DNA of 54,854 bases from Desulfobacterales bacterium (GTDB lineage: Bacteria > Desulfobacterota > Desulfobacteria > Desulfobacterales > C00003060), in contig JABXJW010000002.1 in the NCBI GenBank assembly GCA_013375395.1, positions 3,733-58,586 on the forward strand. The letters run 5' to 3'. The stretch's first letter is position 1. Each line of letters starts with the position of its first letter. Positions 28,366 through 37,486 of the stretch are shown piece by piece. Made by a program: the position numbers and the translations under genes. The notes under the pieces are model-generated. The model was not told where the DNA came from, searched no databases, and saw nothing but the letters and a program-made list of their open reading frames with translations.

Positions 28366-29073
28366 GTGGAGAAAGAACCAATATGGTTAAAGGAATATTA
28401 TTATACCCAGAGGTTTAACTGCTCATTTCGAAAACTTGCGGCAAGGACTGTATCGCCCGGCACTTTGGTGCTGGATGCAGGCTGCGGCAAGAGAAGTGTG
28501 ATTGGCGAGGAAAATCTGAGGCCGGGGCTCACCATTGGGGCTGAATTCTCCCGCGAAGACATTGCCGCCAATTCCGGTATAGACTCCAAGGTTGTGGCAA
28601 GTCTGGAGAATTTGCCGTTCAAGAACGAGGTATTTGACATCATAATATGCAGAAATGTGGTTGAACATTTGGAAAATCCCGGGGTTGTTTTCTGGGAATT
28701 CCGAAGAATTATGAAGACAGGCGCACTGGTGTTGATCAGGACTCCAAATCTGACCAACCCGATAGCCTTCACAAGCGCTATTCTTCCACTAACGCTGCGG
28801 ACATGGATAAAGCGCAACCTGTTCCATGATGAAGATGGGGACACGTTTCCAACGTACTTCAAGTGTAATACGGCGACTCAACTGGCAAGTGCCTTTGGGA
28901 GCCTGGGCATGAGACCGCAACTCGTGACGCATGACGGCCTTATGGCCTATTTCAATTTCTCTGCGATAATCCTTTCCTTAATCGTGCTTTTCGAAAGGGT
29001 TACTGACATTGCCAAGCTGCGATGGCTCAAGATGTGGATAATAGCCTCCTTTGAAAAAGATAAAGATTCGTAA
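28366..29073 (+). CDS. Class I SAM-dependent methyltransferase
   Basis: VLDAGCGKRS (motif I) and FDIIICRNVVEHLENP. GTG start after GGAGAAGGAGAGG. Confidence 0.8.
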   Translation: MEKEPIWLKEYYYTQRFNCSFRKLAARTVSPGTLVLDAGCGKRSVIGEENLRPGLTIGAEFSREDIAANSGIDSKVVASLENLPFKNEVFDIIICRNVVEHLENPGVVFWEFRRIMKTGALVLIRTPNLTNPIAFTSAILPLTLRTWIKRNLFHDEDGDTFPTYFKCNTATQLASAFGSLGMRPQLVTHDGLMAYFNFSAIILSLIVLFERVTDIAKLRWLKMWIIASFEKDKDS

Positions 29074-29074
29074 A

Positions 29075-30247
29075 ATGAGATGTCTATATCCTATTGAGGG
29101 TACCGGGGGCGGAGCGGTAACTCATGCTTTAACTCTGGCAGAACACCTGCCCAAACATGGCATTCAGCCTATCTTGGCGTTTTTCCTGGATGGGCCGTCA
29201 GTAAACAAGGCCCAAGATCTAAGATTGGACTACAGGTTGGTTCCGTGGAGATTTGGATTGGACTTCACACTTGCATGGAGGCTGAACAAGATACTGCGGG
29301 AAGAAGACGTTGATATTATCCATACCCATACCATTACGGGGAGTTTTTACAGCCACATGGCAAATTTCCTGTACCCTCAACGCTTGTTGTTCATAACCAC
29401 TGTTCATAGCTTTATAATTGATGAATTAGAGGGACATACGGGGATGACGTTCAGCGATTGGTCCAGGTACAAGAGGGACTTGTACCTGAGGCGATTTGTG
29501 GACCAGTTTATCGTAGTATCAGACCACCTTCAGAATACTTTACGAAAAGATGGTGTGCCGGAAAACAAAATTGTACGGATAAGACACGGAATAGGTATCC
29601 CCAACAAGGATTGCTGTTTGAAAGAAACCGCTGCGAAACTTGAGTTAAACATAGGCCGGGATAAGGTGGTGGTAGGGACGGTCGGAAGGTTAGTTGAAGT
29701 AAAAAACCATAAGCTGTTTCTTAAGGCAGCAAAAAGGGTATTAACCTCAGTGCAGAACATAGCCTTTCTTATTGTCGGTGATGGCCCGTTGAGGCAGTCC
29801 TTGGAGAGGCTTGCACAGGATTTGTGTATCGAAGATTCTGTGATATTTGTCGGATGGCAAAATGAGATAGGAGATTTCCTTAAGACAATCGATATTTTTG
29901 TATCCTGTTCAATAACTGAGAGTCAAGGGCTGGCAATTCTTGAGGCTATGGCGGTTTCAAAGCCGGTTATTGCTGCTGACGTTAATCAACTTGGCGAGAC
30001 TGTCATAGACGGCAAAACCGGTCTGTTAATTGCTTCAAATGATTTGGACGGCCTGGTAAATGCCATATTGACCTTGGTTTCTGACGTAACCCTAAGGAAT
30101 GAGTTAGGAAGAGCGGGCAGACAGTTGGTCGAGGGCAAACATTCAATTGAAAGGATGGTCCGAGAAACCGCGGAACTTTACACCAGATTATACAAAGAGA
30201 AATGCAGACAGCAATCAACAAGGAAAGGAATAAGTTGCAGACAATAA
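29075..30247 (+). CDS. Glycosyltransferase family 4 (GT-B, retaining type)
   Basis: GRLVEVKNHKLFLKAA and the EX7E region ESQGLAILEAMAVSKPVIAADV. ATG 29075 follows the previous TAA directly. Confidence 0.85.
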   Translation: MRCLYPIEGTGGGAVTHALTLAEHLPKHGIQPILAFFLDGPSVNKAQDLRLDYRLVPWRFGLDFTLAWRLNKILREEDVDIIHTHTITGSFYSHMANFLYPQRLLFITTVHSFIIDELEGHTGMTFSDWSRYKRDLYLRRFVDQFIVVSDHLQNTLRKDGVPENKIVRIRHGIGIPNKDCCLKETAAKLELNIGRDKVVVGTVGRLVEVKNHKLFLKAAKRVLTSVQNIAFLIVGDGPLRQSLERLAQDLCIEDSVIFVGWQNEIGDFLKTIDIFVSCSITESQGLAILEAMAVSKPVIAADVNQLGETVIDGKTGLLIASNDLDGLVNAILTLVSDVTLRNELGRAGRQLVEGKHSIERMVRETAELYTRLYKEKCRQQSTRKGISCRQ

Positions 30248-31116
30248 GATATGTAGGGTGTGAGATTTGCGGCTCCGATGATGCAGAAACCTTGTATGAG
30301 AAGAGAATGGTGCCGCATGCTGCAGGTCGAATTGTAACATGCAAGAAATGTGGATTAGTATATGTGAATCCGAGGGAGCGTGCGGGGCAGTGGTTTGATG
30401 TTCCCGAAGTACTCGATTCTTTCACAGATTTGATTGAGGCAAGATATCCAGTTTATCATCACCGCATTAGACAGATCGAAAGGCATAAGAAAGGAGGCCG
30501 TTTGCTTGAAATCGGCTGTTACGTCGGTGCATTTCTGAATATGGCCAAGCAAAACGGATGGACGTGTTACGGAATAGAGCCATCATTCGTAATAAGTGAC
30601 TACGCAATGAAAACATATGGAATAAATGTCTTCCCAGGCTTCTTGGCTGAATCCGATTTTCAGAGCAACTTTTTCGATGTTGTCGCTATGTTTCATGTGT
30701 TGGAACATCTTCCCTCGCCAAGAAAAGAATTAAGGGAAATTCATAGAATCCTGAAACCAGATGGACTGTTGGTCATAGAAGTCCCCAATATAGAGCATCC
30801 TTTGCATAGACTCATAAAAAGACCTCAATGGCTTTTTGTGCCCGGCCATTTCTATTATTTTGCGCCACAAACACTCGGGAAGTTGCTGAACGCAGAGGAA
30901 TTTGAAGTCATCGGAATTGAACCCACCTATAAGATGATAGGCATCAGGCATTTTGGTCAAATTCTGAGAAAACTGGGTAGACATATGGGTAAGATCGGCA
31001 ATATGCTTATGGACAGCGGCAAGACAACAGGTTTTTCCATTAAAATTCGAACTAATCTGAACATTTTGGTAATGGCAAAGCCTGTCAAGAACAGACATCA
31101 TAGTGCCAGCGTATAG
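30202..31116 (+). CDS. Class I SAM-dependent methyltransferase with an N-terminal zinc ribbon
   Basis: CEICGS...CKKCGLVYVNP, then RLLEIGCYVGAFL and FDVVAMFHVLEHLPSP. The start is uncertain (ATG 30202 overlaps the GT4 gene by 46 nt; TTG 30235 is possible). Confidence 0.75.
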   Translation: MQTAINKERNKLQTIRYVGCEICGSDDAETLYEKRMVPHAAGRIVTCKKCGLVYVNPRERAGQWFDVPEVLDSFTDLIEARYPVYHHRIRQIERHKKGGRLLEIGCYVGAFLNMAKQNGWTCYGIEPSFVISDYAMKTYGINVFPGFLAESDFQSNFFDVVAMFHVLEHLPSPRKELREIHRILKPDGLLVIEVPNIEHPLHRLIKRPQWLFVPGHFYYFAPQTLGKLLNAEEFEVIGIEPTYKMIGIRHFGQILRKLGRHMGKIGNMLMDSGKTTGFSIKIRTNLNILVMAKPVKNRHHSASV

Positions 31117-31136
31117 CGATACGGAGCATCCTTTGC

Positions 31137-32003
31137 ATGGGTAGATTTTTCCTGAACAAAATGACACCTGGAGCATACGGGGTGAAAAGGCTTATGTCCA
31201 CAACCTTGGTTCTCCTGGGTCGCTTCCGTCCCAAAGCCGGAATTCCTGTCCTGACATACCATTCCGTGGATGACAGCCGGTCAGTCATCTCTGTTTCGCC
31301 GACTGAATTTAGGGCACACATGGAATATCTCAAGCGCAGCGGGTATCATACCATCTCCTTGCGGGAACTTGTCGAATGCCTCCACACGGATGCAAGAGCC
31401 GGTCACAAGAAAACCGTTGTTCTCACTTTCGATGACGGGTTCAAAAACAATTACACAGAAGCTTTCCCTGTTCTACGACATCATGGATTTACTGCTACAA
31501 TATTCCTGCCGACGGACTACATAGGCGGAACATGTACGTGGGACAAAGACAAATCCATTCCGGAACTTCCCCTGCTGAGCTGGGAAGACATCCAGGAAAT
31601 GAGTGATCGGGGAATTGACTTCGGATCTCATGGTTGCAGTCATGCGCATTTGACACGGCTGCCAAGAATACAACTAAGAACTGAGCTTTTGAAAAGCAAA
31701 TGCACAATAGAGGCAAGACTGGACAAACCGGTAGCCTTCTTCTGCCATCCGTACGGTGAAACTAGTCATGTCACGCAGCAAGCGGCGAAAGAGTGTGGAT
31801 ATCTGGGCGCTTTTGGCAGCCTTGATTTTGGTTTCGCCTACAACAGGGATGACGTTTATGACCTGAAAAGGGTTGGCACAGCGCATTTTTCGTCTCTTTG
31901 TGACTTCAAAGCAGGTCTGCTCGGAACCTATGAGTGGTATGTTAAGATCAAACGGCTTTTTTTCGCGTCTCTCGGCCGACTTGAAATGCGATACAAGCAA
32001 TAA
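31137..32003 (+). CDS. Polysaccharide deacetylase (CE4 / NodB-homology)
   Basis: VVLTFDDGFKNNY and FGSHGCSHAHL motifs. Confidence 0.85.
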   Translation: MGRFFLNKMTPGAYGVKRLMSTTLVLLGRFRPKAGIPVLTYHSVDDSRSVISVSPTEFRAHMEYLKRSGYHTISLRELVECLHTDARAGHKKTVVLTFDDGFKNNYTEAFPVLRHHGFTATIFLPTDYIGGTCTWDKDKSIPELPLLSWEDIQEMSDRGIDFGSHGCSHAHLTRLPRIQLRTELLKSKCTIEARLDKPVAFFCHPYGETSHVTQQAAKECGYLGAFGSLDFGFAYNRDDVYDLKRVGTAHFSSLCDFKAGLLGTYEWYVKIKRLFFASLGRLEMRYKQ

Positions 32004-32041
32004 TCATTTTGTGTCCAGTATTGTGGGAGGCAAAAGGGGGG

Positions 32042-33778
32042 TTGAAAATAGCACTATTAGAGTTTTTGTTGAAGAAAAGCATTCTACTTTCACTTGTTAT
32101 ATTGGCTTTGGTTTTTCCCGGAGCTGTGCACTCTCAAGAACCAGCGATTCTTGTTGATACTTCAACCAGTTATGGATCCATGAAGAATATGGCCGGAGGG
32201 ATCAATTTCTGGGGACAGAAAGAAGCGCAAGAGCGATTCATTAAGGAGGTAGGTACATATTTGTACAGGTTTAAAATGAGATTGCACAAGGTTGAAAAGA
32301 AAGCAGGAGGTTATACGAGGTTTCCTTGGGAAGGAGACGATGTAACTCCGGAGGATATGACAGTTCTTATACAAAATCTTAATTTGGCCAAAACTAAGGG
32401 TTGCAAGATTATAGTCCAGATGTACGGGATACCCAACTGGCTGTCTACTTCCCGGGATGAAAGGATCATAACAAACAACTTGCCGAACTATGCTAAATAT
32501 CCTCCTAAAGATTTTGTGGAATGGGCGAAGCTTGTTTTTACGGCAATAAGAGAGCTTAAGAGATTAGGCCTGGAGGGAATAGATTACTATGAAATCTTTG
32601 GAGAGCCCAATGTCGGCTCCACCTGGTATGAGCAGACAATGCCCTGCAGGCGGAACGGAGATACAGTCCTCGGGTGCGAACAAAATGAACTTGGACATAA
32701 TACACTGCAGGTGATGAAGAACTTCTTGAAAGTTTATAAATATACCGTGAAAGGTATAAGAGCTGCTGATCCTGAAGCCAAAACAGGAAAGATAGGAGGC
32801 GTTGCAATAATCCCCACTCCAGATGGGATATGGTGGACTAGACTCCTCGCCAAGTATGCAAAATTATACAATCTGCCCTTAGATTTCTATTCATGGCATT
32901 GGTATGGCATCGATGAGGCCATGACGTCGATTTTCGGTAGGATCGAACCACATAAGCCCCTGACTATAGATTTGATTCGCCGACGTTTCGAAAACAGCCT
33001 TACGAAACAAGGCTTCAGTGACTTTCAAATAGATGCTATTATTGGCGATATCTATGATTACCTGAAAGACCTTGAACAACTGGATCAAGAGGCCATACGC
33101 TTTCCTTACTCCTTTGCAAGCTCGCACCTTAGGAGAGTCTTACTCGAGGAGGGATTCAGCGCAACAGAGTTATTCTTGACCGAGTGGAATGTAAATTATG
33201 TTCCGGACAGAAGGCACGATACCCACTATGGCGCTTCGCATATCACCAGAGGGCTTATTGACATAAGCGATTCAGGCACCGAGGCCCAGAACTTATACGG
33301 ACTGTCTCATACCAAGCCGTTTTATTATGATGATGGGTACGGCGGATCCTTTAGCATATTTACATCGGATGGAAGAAATATTCCCAAGGCAAGTTTTAAT
33401 GCCTTGAAATTGTTTTCAATGCTTGGAAATGAAGTAGAGCGAATCTTTGTGGATATTCCTGATGATGACATCTATGTCATCGCAACTAAAGATGAAAACA
33501 ACGTATCAGTGTTGGCGACGTACTATGTGATGGCCAAAGACCCCAGGAATCCCAATTATGACTTAAGTAAACCTGTCGCAATAAGTATTAGCAATCTTCC
33601 TTTTTCCGAATATACCTATAAGGTATATTTAATAGACGGCAAACACTCAAATAGTTACTATGGCTCCGGTCCGGAATTGGAAATTGTAGACAGTGGGAGT
33701 AGTTTTGGAGATTTTGAGAAGGTCTTAGATCTTCCAATTTATGGGGTGGTGATGGTTGAAGTCGAGAGGAACCATTGA
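32042..33778 (+). CDS. Secreted clan GH-A glycoside hydrolase-like protein (PslG/GH39-like by layout)
   Basis: A TTG 32042 start after GGGAGG gives the signal peptide MKIALLEFLLKKSILLSLVILALVFPGAVHS (the track ORF starts at 32009). YYEIFGEPN resembles the acid/base motif and LFLTEWNV the nucleophile motif. Confidence 0.55.
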   Translation: MKIALLEFLLKKSILLSLVILALVFPGAVHSQEPAILVDTSTSYGSMKNMAGGINFWGQKEAQERFIKEVGTYLYRFKMRLHKVEKKAGGYTRFPWEGDDVTPEDMTVLIQNLNLAKTKGCKIIVQMYGIPNWLSTSRDERIITNNLPNYAKYPPKDFVEWAKLVFTAIRELKRLGLEGIDYYEIFGEPNVGSTWYEQTMPCRRNGDTVLGCEQNELGHNTLQVMKNFLKVYKYTVKGIRAADPEAKTGKIGGVAIIPTPDGIWWTRLLAKYAKLYNLPLDFYSWHWYGIDEAMTSIFGRIEPHKPLTIDLIRRRFENSLTKQGFSDFQIDAIIGDIYDYLKDLEQLDQEAIRFPYSFASSHLRRVLLEEGFSATELFLTEWNVNYVPDRRHDTHYGASHITRGLIDISDSGTEAQNLYGLSHTKPFYYDDGYGGSFSIFTSDGRNIPKASFNALKLFSMLGNEVERIFVDIPDDDIYVIATKDENNVSVLATYYVMAKDPRNPNYDLSKPVAISISNLPFSEYTYKVYLIDGKHSNSYYGSGPELEIVDSGSSFGDFEKVLDLPIYGVVMVEVERNH

Positions 33779-33820
33779 CGAGATTCATTGTGGTTTTGGC
33801 ATTCTGGAGAACGAATAGAG

Positions 33821-35506
33821 GTGGTTAATTCCTTTAAGACAAACGAGACAAGGGTCGTTGTAATCGGCTTAGACGGCGCTACGTTTGATGTTATCGAACC
33901 TTTGATCAAGAGAGGCAAGCTCCCAAATTTGGCGAGGATTATGCAGAATGGCGTATACGGAGAACTAAAATCGACCATCCATCCCATTACCCCTCAGGCC
34001 TGGACCACGTTTCTAAGCGGTAAGAAGGCCGGCAAGCACGGAATCTTCGATTTTATCTGCAGGAAACAAGATTCATATGAAATACAATTTGTTAATGCCA
34101 GTAAAAGAAAGGCAGAGAGTATATTCTCAATTCTAAGTAGAGCCGACAAGAGAGTAGGTGCAATAGGTGTTCCCTTTACCTTTCCGCCGGAAAAAGTGAA
34201 CGGATTTATGCTCTCAGGAATGGACGCCCCGGCCGAAGACGGCAGGGCTGTCTATCCCGATTCGATCTATGACGAAATAAAGAAGGAATTTGGGCACTAT
34301 TACATACATTTGGCCTCTCCGGTAGGGCGAAGAGTTGATCAAGACAAATTTTGGAAGGACATTGTAAGGGAGGACGAAAACAGAACGCTGATCAGCAAAT
34401 ATCTAATGGCAAAGTACCCTTGTGATCTATTCATTACGGTATACAACAACACCGATCGAGTTGCACACCAACATCTGGACCAAACTGTGTACGACATGAT
34501 TCGAAATGACCAGGATGTTAACCATGAAGATTTTCTGGTCAGAACCTATGAGAATGCCGATGCTCAGGTCGGTTCACTCCTTTCGGACACGGACGGGGAC
34601 ACCTCAGTAATTATCATGTCGGACCATGGTTCCGGCCCCATACGGAGGGTTTTTTTTCTCAACAGGTGGCTTGAGGAAAATGGGTTTCTGACATACAAGG
34701 AGAAAAAACAAGACCCCTTTCTAAGAGGTATGCATCTGGCTCGATTTATTGCAAAGCGTTTTTTGCCAAGGTGGGCAAAGAATCTTATCGAAAGCAGAAT
34801 GGGATGCGTCAGGGATAAAGTGGAATCCATGCTATCCTTCTCAGACATTGAATGGGAGCAAACAAGGGCTTATGGCTTTGGGATGTATGGAAACATATAC
34901 ATTAATCTCAAAGGGCGGGAGCCAAAAGGTATTGTGGCACAGGGAAAGGAATATGAAGATTTACGTCATCAGATTATCGAACGGTTGAGCAGGCTGAGTG
35001 ATCCGAATACTGGCGAGAAGATCATAGAAAAGGTATACAGGCGTGAGGAATTATATCAAGGGCCTCAACTTGAAGACGCGCCGGATTTGTTGATCGGCTG
35101 GAAAGATTATGCTTATTATACTTCAGTTACATTGGGCAAGGAAAAGGGCCCGATCTTCGGACCACATATGAACATTGATTGTTCGGAATACAAACATGTG
35201 GGAACCCATCGGCTCAATGGAATCTTTATGGCTATGGGAGATATCATAAAAAAGGGGGCGGAGATCTCAGGCGCCGGGATCTGTGATGTTGCCCCGACGA
35301 TTCTTTATATGCTTGGTCAACCTATCCCGGAGGACATGGATGGGAAGGTCCTTACTGAAATATTTGATGAGAATTTTCAGAGGAGCAATTCTCCAAGGTA
35401 TGAACGACCCAGTTCCGCTGCCAATGCTAGTGAAGTTGTTTCTTATTCGGATGGAGAGAGCCGCAAGATAGCAGAGAGATTGAAAGGGTTAGGATATCTG
35501 GAGTAA
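33821..35506 (+). CDS. Alkaline-phosphatase-superfamily phosphodiesterase-family protein (paralogue 3)
   Basis: VVVIGLDGATF, HPITPQAWTTFLSGKKAGKHGIF, DRVAHQHL, IMSDHGSG, GTHRLNG and DVAPTILYMLGQPIPEDMDGKVL. The C-terminus is LKGLGYLE. GTG 33821 (11 nt after GGAG) gives an N-terminal length matching the paralogues; the track start is 33788. Confidence 0.8.
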   Translation: MVNSFKTNETRVVVIGLDGATFDVIEPLIKRGKLPNLARIMQNGVYGELKSTIHPITPQAWTTFLSGKKAGKHGIFDFICRKQDSYEIQFVNASKRKAESIFSILSRADKRVGAIGVPFTFPPEKVNGFMLSGMDAPAEDGRAVYPDSIYDEIKKEFGHYYIHLASPVGRRVDQDKFWKDIVREDENRTLISKYLMAKYPCDLFITVYNNTDRVAHQHLDQTVYDMIRNDQDVNHEDFLVRTYENADAQVGSLLSDTDGDTSVIIMSDHGSGPIRRVFFLNRWLEENGFLTYKEKKQDPFLRGMHLARFIAKRFLPRWAKNLIESRMGCVRDKVESMLSFSDIEWEQTRAYGFGMYGNIYINLKGREPKGIVAQGKEYEDLRHQIIERLSRLSDPNTGEKIIEKVYRREELYQGPQLEDAPDLLIGWKDYAYYTSVTLGKEKGPIFGPHMNIDCSEYKHVGTHRLNGIFMAMGDIIKKGAEISGAGICDVAPTILYMLGQPIPEDMDGKVLTEIFDENFQRSNSPRYERPSSAANASEVVSYSDGESRKIAERLKGLGYLE

Positions 35507-36297
35507 TGTCAGGCCGAACTAATTCTTGTCAACATAGCATAAGTGTTATGGGAGTTAACGTAGCTGCACTCGATGCCAAGGGACTATTTGACAGGATTAT
35601 TGAATTTGTTGCCGATGACAAGTCACACAAGGTCATGTACGTTAATGCCCACTGTATGGTGGTTTCGCAAAGGGATGAGAGGTATCGTAAGATTTTGGGC
35701 CATGCCCATTTGGTATACGCTGATGGGATGAGCCTTGTGTGGGGAGCTAAGCTGTCAGGTCATTATTTGCCCGGCCGGTTGACGGCTGCCGACTTTATGC
35801 CGGCATTTTTCAACCTTTTTGCCGAAAAGGGACTTAGGATATTTTTTTTGGGCGCCAGACCCGGAGTGGCGGAAGCTGCGGCGGAAAGTCTAAGACAGAA
35901 CAACCCAAAACTCAAAATTGTGGGCGCCCATGACGGATATTTTCAACCACAGGAACATGGCAAGATAATAGAGAAAATTAACAGAACCAACCCCCACATC
36001 CTGATGGTTGGTATGGGGGTCCCGTATCAAGAGAAGTGGATAGAAGAACATTTTGGCCGGATTAACGCCCGCGTGATCTGGGGGGTCGGGGCTTTATTCG
36101 ATTTTCTCTCAGGTCGACTGCCCCGGGGGCCTCAATGGTTATTAGACAATGGATTTGAATGGCTTTGCAGATTGTTGGCGGAGCCAAGGCGTCTATGCCA
36201 GCGTTACCTTGTCGGCAACCTCTTGTTTATGTGGTATGTGTTTCATTGGAGGTTTTGTCAAGAACGGGACAAGAGAGAAGCTCGTGGCCGTAATTGA
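35506..36297 (+). CDS. WecB/TagA/CpsF-family glycosyltransferase (GT26)
   Basis: YVNAHCMVVSQRD, LVYADGMSLVWGAK and RIFFLGARPGVAEAAA. The start overlaps the previous stop (TAATG). Confidence 0.85.
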   Translation: MSGRTNSCQHSISVMGVNVAALDAKGLFDRIIEFVADDKSHKVMYVNAHCMVVSQRDERYRKILGHAHLVYADGMSLVWGAKLSGHYLPGRLTAADFMPAFFNLFAEKGLRIFFLGARPGVAEAAAESLRQNNPKLKIVGAHDGYFQPQEHGKIIEKINRTNPHILMVGMGVPYQEKWIEEHFGRINARVIWGVGALFDFLSGRLPRGPQWLLDNGFEWLCRLLAEPRRLCQRYLVGNLLFMWYVFHWRFCQERDKREARGRN

Positions 36298-37486
36298 TTT
36301 TTTTTTCTGGACGGTTGGCGGATTATTAATCTCCGGCATTGCTTATCTTTATTTTCTCGGTGTCCAGAGTCTCTTACCCGTGAAGAAACACAGCCTTTCC
36401 CTAAAGCCCGCAACAAGATTTGCTATTCTGATCCCGGCCCATAATGAGGCCGAAATCATCAAAAACCCCTTGGAAAGCATCAGAAATATGGATTACCCCC
36501 AGGGTCTTTGTAAAACATTTGTAATAGCGGATAACTGTATAGATGAAACTGCTCAAGTGGCGCGGGAATACGGGGTTAGATCCTTTGAGAGGAAGGACAA
36601 TGAGAGAAAGGGCAAGGGATTTGCACTTCAGTGGGCCTTTGAGTATTTGCAACAAGGAAACGAATTTGATGACTATGACGCTTTTGTCATAATTGATGCC
36701 GATACTATTGCGGAAGCTGGTTTTCTGCGGGCAATGGACAGCAGGATAGCGAAAGGCGAAATGGCAATTCAGGGGTATTATGATGTGATCAATCCGGAGG
36801 GATCCCCTATGGCAAGCCTTTCGTATCTTGGTTTTGCCTTGAGTAGAAACCTTAAGTACAAAGGTAGAACCAGAATGGGTTGGTCGAGCAACCTGCTGGG
36901 AAATGGAATGTGCTTCTCAAAGGAGGTTGTAAGCCGGTTTGGGTGGGATGCCACTTCAATCGTCGAGGATCTGGAATATGCCGTGATGTTGCATCTTAAT
37001 GGCATAAAGGTCTCTTTCGCACCTGAGGCAAGGGTCTTTGCCGAGATTCCCAAGACATTTAAGAATTCCAGAATACAGCGCTCGCGGTGGGATATTGGCA
37101 GATTTCAGCTCAGAAACAGGTATCTCGTTCCGCTTCTCAAGAAGGCAATCAGAAACAGGGATGTAAGTTATCTGGATACGGCTATGGAACTTCTTATTCC
37201 TCCCTTTGCACTCTTCCTGATCCTTTCTTTCGCCCTGTTTGGGTTATTCATGGCTACTTCATTTCGCGGATTTAATATCCTTTCAACAATCTGGTTCACC
37301 ATTGTCTCAGGGCTTGGCGCCTATGTGCTGGTCGGTTTGGTCATAGCTAAAGCGAATTGGAAAACATATACAAATCTCATGTATGCACCTTTCTTTATGA
37401 TATGGAGAGTAAAGACCGTCATTTGGGGATACTTTTTTAGAATCGGCAAGCAGTGGATCAAGACTGAAAGAAAAGAAATTTTATAA
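36284..37486 (+). CDS. Membrane-integrated family 2 glycosyltransferase with processive-synthase signature
   Basis: FAILIPAHNE, ADNCIDET, VIIDADT, SIVEDLEY and QRSRWDIG (D, DxD, ED, QxxRW), with N- and C-terminal TM segments. The start is uncertain (GTG 36284, ATG 36236, or track 36149). Confidence 0.85.
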   Translation: MAVIDFFFWTVGGLLISGIAYLYFLGVQSLLPVKKHSLSLKPATRFAILIPAHNEAEIIKNPLESIRNMDYPQGLCKTFVIADNCIDETAQVAREYGVRSFERKDNERKGKGFALQWAFEYLQQGNEFDDYDAFVIIDADTIAEAGFLRAMDSRIAKGEMAIQGYYDVINPEGSPMASLSYLGFALSRNLKYKGRTRMGWSSNLLGNGMCFSKEVVSRFGWDATSIVEDLEYAVMLHLNGIKVSFAPEARVFAEIPKTFKNSRIQRSRWDIGRFQLRNRYLVPLLKKAIRNRDVSYLDTAMELLIPPFALFLILSFALFGLFMATSFRGFNILSTIWFTIVSGLGAYVLVGLVIAKANWKTYTNLMYAPFFMIWRVKTVIWGYFFRIGKQWIKTERKEIL

